Virus record (IMG/VR): IMGVR_UViG_2933953506_000002
Coordinates: 1-64,000 of that record
From: a virus
Lineage: Duplodnaviria; Caudoviricetes
Strand: one strand, 5' to 3'
DNA: 64,000 nucleotides
Part shown: positions 57,171 through 64,000 of the stretch, one piece after another
Position numbering within the stretch: position 1 is the stretch's first letter
How the letters are laid out: each line of letters starts with the position of its first letter
Notes under the pieces: generated by a model
What the model saw: only the letters and a program-made list of their open reading frames with translations
The model's database searches: none
Told to the model about the DNA's origin: nothing
Program-made: the position numbers and the translations under genes

Positions 57171-60100
57171 ATGCTGAATCGCCCCACTGCACAGGCTGAG
57201 TCGCAGGACCTGAGTCGCGACCTCGAGGTCAAGGTCACGCGCCGGCCGTGGAACCCTGCCCTGCACCCCCGGGACAGCAAGGGCCGCTTCATCGAGACCG
57301 GCGGCGTGGTGAGGACCTGGGGCGGCAAGCTCGCGCGCGTCATCCGTGCGCTCCCGCACGACCGCATCCTCGTCCAGGACCAGACCGGCCCGGACGAGTT
57401 CCGCGGCCGCAGGCACACCACCAGTGCCAAGTGGGTCAGCATGGTCGCGCGCCCCGACGGCAGCGCGCCCACCGACGACGAAGAGAAGGTCGCCGAAGAG
57501 GACGAGCGGCGCACCCAGGACCCGCGCCGCGGCAACGGCGTTGCCCGCGACGACGACGGCGACCCCAACACCCCGAACGAGCCTCACGACCAGGACGACA
57601 AGGGCCGCCCGATCGGCGCCGATGACGGCGACGGCCCGGACGACGATGACGACCAGGACGAGCCCGAGGACGGCGCCCACCCGGTCAACGTCGATGCCCT
57701 GCCGAACCAGCAGCATGCCGCCGGGGCCCGGTACGCCGATACCGCCGCCGTCCGCCGCCACTTCATGCAGGTAGCCGCCCAGCCCGGCACGAGCACGGAC
57801 ATGGCCACCTTCCTGCGCTCGGTGGCACACGACGACGACCTGCGGACCACACCGTCCGGCCGACTCCTCATCCTCCTCGACGACCGGCCCGAACACGCCG
57901 GCCGCTGGAACCTCACCGCAACCGGCTCCGGACAGCGCGTCGACGCCGCCGGCACCTTTGCCACCGCCGAGGACGCCGCCCGATTCGCCGAACACCTCGA
58001 CAAGACCGCCGTCAACGGTCAGCTCACCAAGTTCCAGCAGCCGTTCGACTTCTCCGACCCACAACTGGACCGGGCCGCCCACGACTGGCGCTCCACCAAG
58101 GGCGAGAACATCCAGGGCGCCATCCAGCGGGCCCGCACGGAGTTCGACGGCACCCCGGCACCCGCGGCCGCGCCGAAGGCCACCACGGACAGCCCGACCG
58201 ACGGCAACGGCCAGCGCTTCAGCACGCTCCAGGCCGTTCGCGCCCACTGGCAGCAGCGCCTCGACCAGATCAACGAACTCGGCCCGGACAGCCTCCGAGA
58301 GCAGCGCGCCGCGCGACACCTGGAAGGCCTGATTGGCAACGACCGGATCAAGCTTGTCGGCCGCGGCCAGTTCGTCGTCGGCCAGGACCAGAACGGCGAG
58401 TGGTACCTGGTCGCCACTGGCAACGGCCTGCCGCTCCGCCGTCGGTGGACCTCCCAGCAGGAAGCGCAGGCATTCGCCCAGTCCTTCACCGAGAACGCCC
58501 CCATGGGCGACGACGGAAAGCCACTGGACCTCTCCGACCCCAACGTCCGCATCGCGACGTGGCGCTCGGACGACAACCGGTCGATCAGCGAGGTCATCGA
58601 CGCGGCCGCCGAGAGGTTCCAGCGCGACGACGCCGCGGAGGGCGGCCCGGAGGCGACCCCGGCGCCGGCCGCCGCTCCGGAGACGCCCGCCGCCCCGCAG
58701 GCACCGGAGACCCCGGAGGAGCCTCAGACGCCCGCACTGCCGGGCAACGCCGAGCCCGTCGAGGGCGTCGAGGGGTACCACTACGTCAACGACGGCGGCT
58801 CAATCACGCTGTACGGCCCGGACGGACAGGTCGCCGCGACCAGCGAGCGCGGCTACCCGCCGAAGGCCAAGATCGACGGCGTCACCGTGCCCGTGCCGCA
58901 GTACCCGAAGCAAGGCGCCGCGGTGATGGCCCGGCTGCACCGCGCCGCCCAGAACCCCGACCAGCGCGACCGGATCACCGCGGCGTGGGTGATGAAGCCC
59001 GGCAAGGAAGGCAAGCCCGCCAAGCGGGTCATGGTCTTCCGCGGCACCATCAAGGGCGACGAGCGGGACTACAGCGCCGTCGGCTCCACGCGTGCCATCA
59101 AATGGGCCCCGTCCCTGCGGGGGTACTCGACCCAGTCGAACATGACCGAGGCCACCCGGGACGAGCGGATTACCGAGGTCCTGTCCAAGCTCGCCCGCCA
59201 GGGCCGCAACATCCACGTCACCGACGAGACCGCCGCGGGCACCCCCAACGCTCCGGCCAACGCCGTCGACGAGACCGAGGCTCTGCGCGAGGCCATCGCC
59301 AACGCGGACGACCCCCGCCTGTCGCAGATGAAGCACGAGCGGTGGGGCATGCTCAACAGCACCCGCTCCGAGGCCAAGCGCAAGCGACTCAACTCCGAGA
59401 TCGAAATGATCAACGAGGAGTTGAAGCGCCGTCGGCAGGAGCGGGACGAGGCTGCCGCCCGGGACGCCACATCGCTCAGCGACGACGACATCGCCAACCG
59501 CATCCGCGAGTCGCAGGAAGAACGCGGCACGTACGGCTCCCGCAGGGGCCAGGAAGCCAACGACGTTGAGCGGGCCATCTACAGCGAGCGCCGCCGCCGT
59601 TCGCAGGCCCTCGTCGACGATGACACCGATCTGACCACGGCCGCTGAGGACGACCTGGTAAAGGCCCGCGAGACGATCGCCGAACGGGTCCGCATGCACC
59701 AGGCCGCCGGCGACGACCCCGAGGCCGAGCGCATCATGCGCCAGGCCCTGCAGGCGCGGCACGACGCCGTCGTCGGCGAGCAGCAGCGCCGCCATGCCCA
59801 GCAGATCGCCGACCGGCCGCCGGTCGTCGACCTCACCGACGAGGAACTGTCGCAGGAGTACAACGACTTGCTCCGGCGCGACTTCCGGAAGGCCCCGCCG
59901 GAGGCGCAGCAGGTCCTCGAGGGCCGCATGGAGGACGTCAAGCGGGAGCGCCGCGACCGGGAGAAGCGGGCTATCACCGACCGGGACGCCCCCGAGAACC
60001 TGAGTGATGAGGACCTGAAGGCGGAGTACACCGAGCTTCGCCGAACGCGCTCCTCGTACACCGGGACCGACGACGTCAAGGCGGCCCGCAAGGAACGCAT

Positions 60101-63100
60101 GGCCGTGCTGGAGGCCGAGCAGAACCGCCGCAGCACTACGCCGGAGGTCGAGCAGCTCGTCGCGCGCGTCGACAACCCCGACGACAACGGCATGATCAGC
60201 ATCGGCGGCGGCAGCGATTACGGCTACGTCGACTACCGGGACCAGACACACGGGCACACGACCCGCGAGATCGGATGGACCTGGGGCAAGCACAGTTGGG
60301 GGCACGCAGACACCGCCTACCCCTCCCGCGCCGCAGCTCTGGCAGCGATGGTCCAGGCGTACGACAACGACCCCGACACCCGCGGTGAGCGCACCTGGGG
60401 CCGTAAGCGCCCCGTGTTCGTGCCGAAGATGTTCGTCGAGCTCTACCAGAACGAGCGTCTTCGCGACCGGCTCGCCGATGCCAGCGAGGAGCGGAAGTAC
60501 CTCTACAGCCTGTTCCGGGACCGGTACGGCTGGGACGACGGCGTGAACCCCCTGGTGCCCAGCAACAAAAAGGGCCACCACATCAAGGGCCGGAAGCTGT
60601 GGGTGCCCGAAGGCCTCCTCGCCGAGCTGAACCGGGTGACGGAGGAGCTTTCCCGGGAGATGTCCGTACGGGCCACGGACCGGGACGCGGACAGTTCCGA
60701 CCGGCAGAAGGCCAAGACCCGGCTCGCGTCCATCAACGTGGCTCTGCACGGCATTGAGGCGCTGCGCGAGTCAGTCCGCAAGAATGGCGGGGACGACGAC
60801 CGGAAGGTCATCTCCCGCGAGGAGATCGAGGCACAGCAGGCCGCGCTCCGTGCAGCGCTGGGAGGCGACGATGACGAACATGTTCAGTCCGATGGTCCGG
60901 GATCACTGGCGGACGTACCGGCCCAAGGAGTGGGCGGCGATGACCGATCCGGAGGCGTTCGTGGAGACGAAGGCCAGGGAGATCGAGACTCAGATTCTGA
61001 AGGCCGAGGAGGCGCTGGAGCAGACGGTTCCGGAGCCGACGGAGTACGAGGAGCAGGTCGGCCGGCACAAGCAGATCAGGGCGGACGCAACGGCGATGGT
61101 CCTGGCGGATCTTCTGCCGGAGCCGGAGCCCGGGGCGGAGACGGCGCCGGAGCAGACGCCGATGGAGCAGCACCTGCAGGAGATCAGGGACCTGATGTAC
61201 GACGCGTAGCGCGGTTCCGGCCGGACCCGGCCGACGCGCCCAAGGGCGCCCGCGCGCGTGCGACGGCCAATGTCGAGGCCATCCGCGTCCTCAAGAAGGT
61301 TGAGGCCGAGAACCGGCCGGCCACCGACGAGGAGCGCCGCATCCTCGCCCGCTGGTCCGGCTGGGGCTCGGTTCCGATCCTCTTCGCCAACGAGCCGAAC
61401 GAGAAGGAGCCCCGCTACCAGCAGGGCGGCACCCGGTACGGCAAGTTCGCCAAGGACCACGAGCGGTGGTCCGAGTACAGCGACATTCGCAGCGAGTTGC
61501 AGCGCGTGCTCACGCCTGTGGAGTTCCGGCAGGCATCCCGCGGCGTGCTGTCCATGCACTACACGCCGCAGCCCATCGCTGAGGCGATGTGGGAAGGCCT
61601 TCGGGCATTCGGCTTCGAGCGCGGCGACGTCCTTGAAGCCGGCTCCGGCGCGGGCACGTTCTTCGGCGTCGCTCCGGACGGCGCCCGCCTGACCGGCGTC
61701 GAACTGGACCCGACCACGGCCCGGATCGCTCAGGCGATCTACCCGCACGCCAACGTTCTCAACGAGTCTTTCGCGGAGACCGACGCCCGGCCGGGCACCT
61801 TTGACGCCGCCATCGGCAACGTGCCCTTCGCTCGGGTCCCGTTCGATGACAAGCGGTACCCGGCAGAGAGCCTTCACAACGGCTTCGTCACCAAGGAGAT
61901 CGCCCTCGTCCGGCCCGGCGGTATCACCGCCGTCATCACCTCCCGCCAGACCCTCGACTCCAAGGGCGACAAGGCCCGCCGCCAGATGGCCAAGTACGGC
62001 GACCTGGTCGGCGCCGTCCGCCTGCCCTCCGGCGTCTTCACCGACGCCGGCACCGGGGTCACCACCGACGTCCTCGTGTTCCGCCGCCGCGAGGACGGCA
62101 CCGAGCCGGCCGACACGTCATGGCTGGACGCCCCTGAGCGGGACATCAACGGCACCGCGCACCACATCAACGCCTACTTCGACGAGCACCCCGAGCACAT
62201 CCTCGGCACGCTCACCACGCAGTCCGGCCCGTACGGGCCCGAGGTGACCGTCAAGGGCGACCCGGCCAAGGCCGCCGAGCAGCTTCGCGCCGCGCTCGAC
62301 GACATCGCCACCAAGGCGAAGGCCGACGGCCGCGGCTACGAGCCGCACCCCGACGGCGACAACCGGCCTCCGGTACAGCTCCAGGCGGCCCGGGAGAAGC
62401 ACGCGAACGACTGGACCGGCCGCCTCTACGAGGGCGACGACGGCCAGTTGTACCAGCACGTGAACGGTGCCGAACCGGTCCTGCTGGAGCCCGCCGACGG
62501 CAACACCGCCCAGCTTCGCGCCCTCATGCAGCTCCGCGACGTCGCCGCCGAACTGCGCGAGCTGGACCGGAAGAACGACGAGGAGGAGCGCGCCGAGGCT
62601 CTGCGCGCCCAACTCCGCGACTTGCACGCCGCCTACGTCGCCGAGTACGGCCCCCTGTCCAAGCCGGGCCAGCACCGCACCAAGGGCGGCCGCCCGACGG
62701 CGTGGGGGTACTTCCGGGCCGACCCGGACGCCGCGGCGGTCCTCGCTCTGGAACGGTGGGACGCCAACAAGGGTGAGCCTGTCCTCTCCCGCGTCTTCAC
62801 TGAGCGCGCCGCGGCCCGCCGACAGCCGCTCTCCTCGACCAACGACCCGAAGGCGGCCCTGGCCGCGGTCGTCGCTGCCAAGGGCGAAGTGGACCTCGGC
62901 GAGATCGCCCGGCTCCTCGACGTCACCCCGCAGGAGGCGGTGAAGCGCCTCGGCAACGAGGTCTTCACCGACCCGGAGACCGGCCGCCTCGAACTGGCCA
63001 GCGCCTACCTGTCCGGCGCCGTCCGCGACAAGCTCGACGCCGCCCGCAAGGCCGCCGAGCGCGACCCGGCGTACGCGGTCAACGTCGCCGCGCTGGAGGC

Positions 63101-64000
63101 CGTGCAGCCGCCGGACCGCACCATCGGCCAGTTCACGCCTGAGATGGGCGCCCACTGGACGCCCCCAGAGCTTCTGCAGGGCTTCCTGCGCGAGTACCTG
63201 GGCGACCGCACACTCCGCGTCGCTCATGACGACCGGTACGGCTGGATTCTCAACACCGGCCGCGTGCCCGAGGCCAACAACGTCATGTACGGCGTCCCGG
63301 CCGTCGAGCCCGACCCGGAAAAGGGCATCAAGGGCAACAAGGGCAAGAACGCCGTGGAGATCGCCCGCGCGATCCTCGGCTTCGGCTCGCTGACCGTCTA
63401 CGAGGACGACAAGCGCAAGGAAGTCGACGAGGCGACCTCACGTCTGATCCGGCAGAAGGCCGATCAGATGCGGGCCGAGTTCGCCAAGTACGCCACGGCG
63501 AACGCCGAGCGGCTGAGCGTCCTCACCGACTCGTACAACCGCATCATGAACGGGCACATCGTCCGTTCGTACGAGGGCATGTCGCCCACCCTCGAGGGCT
63601 TCACCCCCGACCGGAACCCGCACGCCTGGCAGCGCTCCGGCGCGGCCCGGATGCAGTTCGAGCGGGGCGTGATCCTCGCCCATGAGGTGGGCCTCGGTAA
63701 GACGTCCACGCTCGTCATGGGTACCCAGGCCCTCAAGGCGTCCGGGCAGATCGAAAAGCCCATGGCCGTGGTGCCGAACCACCTCGCGCGCCAGTGGTAC
63801 AACGAGGCCCGGTTCCTGTACCCGAACGCCGACATCCACCTGATCACCTCGGCGGACCTGGCCGGCGACCGGCGCGGCAGCACGCTGGAGTGGCTGCGCG
63901 CCAACAGGCCGGACCTGGTCATCTTCACTGAAGAGGCGTTCGGCTCGATCAAGATGAGCCCGGAGGCTCAGGACGAGTACGAGTTCCGGGAGCTGGAGGC
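57171..64000 (+). CDS. Giant DarB-like N6-methyltransferase/SNF2 helicase protein, truncated by window end (>2,270 aa)
   Basis: Same frame carries WNPALHPRDSKGRF (57249), HYTP (61557), LEAGSGAG (61632), GNVPF (61815), HEVGLGKT (63681); no ORF in this frame is in the track, consistent with no stop before the window end. Confidence 0.88.
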   Translation, partial: MLNRPTAQAESQDLSRDLEVKVTRRPWNPALHPRDSKGRFIETGGVVRTWGGKLARVIRALPHDRILVQDQTGPDEFRGRRHTTSAKWVSMVARPDGSAPTDDEEKVAEEDERRTQDPRRGNGVARDDDGDPNTPNEPHDQDDKGRPIGADDGDGPDDDDDQDEPEDGAHPVNVDALPNQQHAAGARYADTAAVRRHFMQVAAQPGTSTDMATFLRSVAHDDDLRTTPSGRLLILLDDRPEHAGRWNLTATGSGQRVDAAGTFATAEDAARFAEHLDKTAVNGQLTKFQQPFDFSDPQLDRAAHDWRSTKGENIQGAIQRARTEFDGTPAPAAAPKATTDSPTDGNGQRFSTLQAVRAHWQQRLDQINELGPDSLREQRAARHLEGLIGNDRIKLVGRGQFVVGQDQNGEWYLVATGNGLPLRRRWTSQQEAQAFAQSFTENAPMGDDGKPLDLSDPNVRIATWRSDDNRSISEVIDAAAERFQRDDAAEGGPEATPAPAAAPETPAAPQAPETPEEPQTPALPGNAEPVEGVEGYHYVNDGGSITLYGPDGQVAATSERGYPPKAKIDGVTVPVPQYPKQGAAVMARLHRAAQNPDQRDRITAAWVMKPGKEGKPAKRVMVFRGTIKGDERDYSAVGSTRAIKWAPSLRGYSTQSNMTEATRDERITEVLSKLARQGRNIHVTDETAAGTPNAPANAVDETEALREAIANADDPRLSQMKHERWGMLNSTRSEAKRKRLNSEIEMINEELKRRRQERDEAAARDATSLSDDDIANRIRESQEERGTYGSRRGQEANDVERAIYSERRRRSQALVDDDTDLTTAAEDDLVKARETIAERVRMHQAAGDDPEAERIMRQALQARHDAVVGEQQRRHAQQIADRPPVVDLTDEELSQEYNDLLRRDFRKAPPEAQQVLEGRMEDVKRERRDREKRAITDRDAPENLSDEDLKAEYTELRRTRSSYTGTDDVKAARKERMAVLEAEQNRRSTTPEVEQLVARVDNPDDNGMISIGGGSDYGYVDYRDQTHGHTTREIGWTWGKHSWGHADTAYPSRAAALAAMVQAYDNDPDTRGERTWGRKRPVFVPKMFVELYQNERLRDRLADASEERKYLYSLFRDRYGWDDGVNPLVPSNKKGHHIKGRKLWVPEGLLAELNRVTEELSREMSVRATDRDADSSDRQKAKTRLASINVALHGIEALRESVRKNGGDDDRKVISREEIEAQQAALRAALGGDDDEHVQSDGPGSLADVPAQGVGGDDRSGGVRGDEGQGDRDSDSEGRGGAGADGSGADGVRGAGRPAQADQGGRNGDGPGGSSAGAGARGGDGAGADADGAAPAGDQGPDVRRVARFRPDPADAPKGARARATANVEAIRVLKKVEAENRPATDEERRILARWSGWGSVPILFANEPNEKEPRYQQGGTRYGKFAKDHERWSEYSDIRSELQRVLTPVEFRQASRGVLSMHYTPQPIAEAMWEGLRAFGFERGDVLEAGSGAGTFFGVAPDGARLTGVELDPTTARIAQAIYPHANVLNESFAETDARPGTFDAAIGNVPFARVPFDDKRYPAESLHNGFVTKEIALVRPGGITAVITSRQTLDSKGDKARRQMAKYGDLVGAVRLPSGVFTDAGTGVTTDVLVFRRREDGTEPADTSWLDAPERDINGTAHHINAYFDEHPEHILGTLTTQSGPYGPEVTVKGDPAKAAEQLRAALDDIATKAKADGRGYEPHPDGDNRPPVQLQAAREKHANDWTGRLYEGDDGQLYQHVNGAEPVLLEPADGNTAQLRALMQLRDVAAELRELDRKNDEEERAEALRAQLRDLHAAYVAEYGPLSKPGQHRTKGGRPTAWGYFRADPDAAAVLALERWDANKGEPVLSRVFTERAAARRQPLSSTNDPKAALAAVVAAKGEVDLGEIARLLDVTPQEAVKRLGNEVFTDPETGRLELASAYLSGAVRDKLDAARKAAERDPAYAVNVAALEAVQPPDRTIGQFTPEMGAHWTPPELLQGFLREYLGDRTLRVAHDDRYGWILNTGRVPEANNVMYGVPAVEPDPEKGIKGNKGKNAVEIARAILGFGSLTVYEDDKRKEVDEATSRLIRQKADQMRAEFAKYATANAERLSVLTDSYNRIMNGHIVRSYEGMSPTLEGFTPDRNPHAWQRSGAARMQFERGVILAHEVGLGKTSTLVMGTQALKASGQIEKPMAVVPNHLARQWYNEARFLYPNADIHLITSADLAGDRRGSTLEWLRANRPDLVIFTEEAFGSIKMSPEAQDEYEFRELE
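60871..61209 (+). CDS. 112-aa helical acidic protein nested in the +1 frame of the giant gene (TnpV-like)
   Basis: GGAGG 5 nt before ATG; GC3 bias switches to this frame; MTNMFSPMVRDHWRTYRPKEWAAMTDPEAFVETKAREIE... Confidence 0.75.
   Translation: MTNMFSPMVRDHWRTYRPKEWAAMTDPEAFVETKAREIETQILKAEEALEQTVPEPTEYEEQVGRHKQIRADATAMVLADLLPEPEPGAETAPEQTPMEQHLQEIRDLMYDA

Overview
High-GC, Streptomyces-like DNA that looks like part of a large prophage or phage-plasmid. (1) 1-11.1 kb: mostly orphan genes ending in a C5 DNA methyltransferase. Eight of these genes share a repeated 5' module: a variable stem with a conserved (A/C)GAGC(A/T) loop, then GTCCCGAACGAAGGA, then the start codon. Five modules also carry an upstream AGTCTCATTGCTGTAC box, and three intergenic hairpins have the complementary loop ACTGCTC. 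(2) 11-25.7 kb: accessory and phage genes, including a DinB-like gene with two LexA boxes, an N6/N4 methyltransferase, an HNH nuclease and the terminase large subunit. (3) 25.8-53.4 kb: about 28 kb of cargo between terminase and portal, with a Type ISP restriction-modification enzyme, tyrosine recombinase, HEPN-like, GIY-YIG and DUF6883-like genes, a RosmerTA-like pair, an XRE/anti-sigma module and an oxygenase/glycosyltransferase/UDP-sugar dehydrogenase cluster. (4) 53.4-64 kb: head genes (portal fused to a MuF domain) and a DarB-like methyltransferase-SNF2 ORF of more than 2,270 aa that runs off the window, is missing from the ORF track, and contains a nested +1-frame gene. A second promoter-like motif, CGCGACRYWAR-N14-CAYNNT, occurs 7 times and appears to give leaderless transcripts of terL, the portal operon and the giant gene. 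Family assignments come from recognising motifs by eye, not from database searches.
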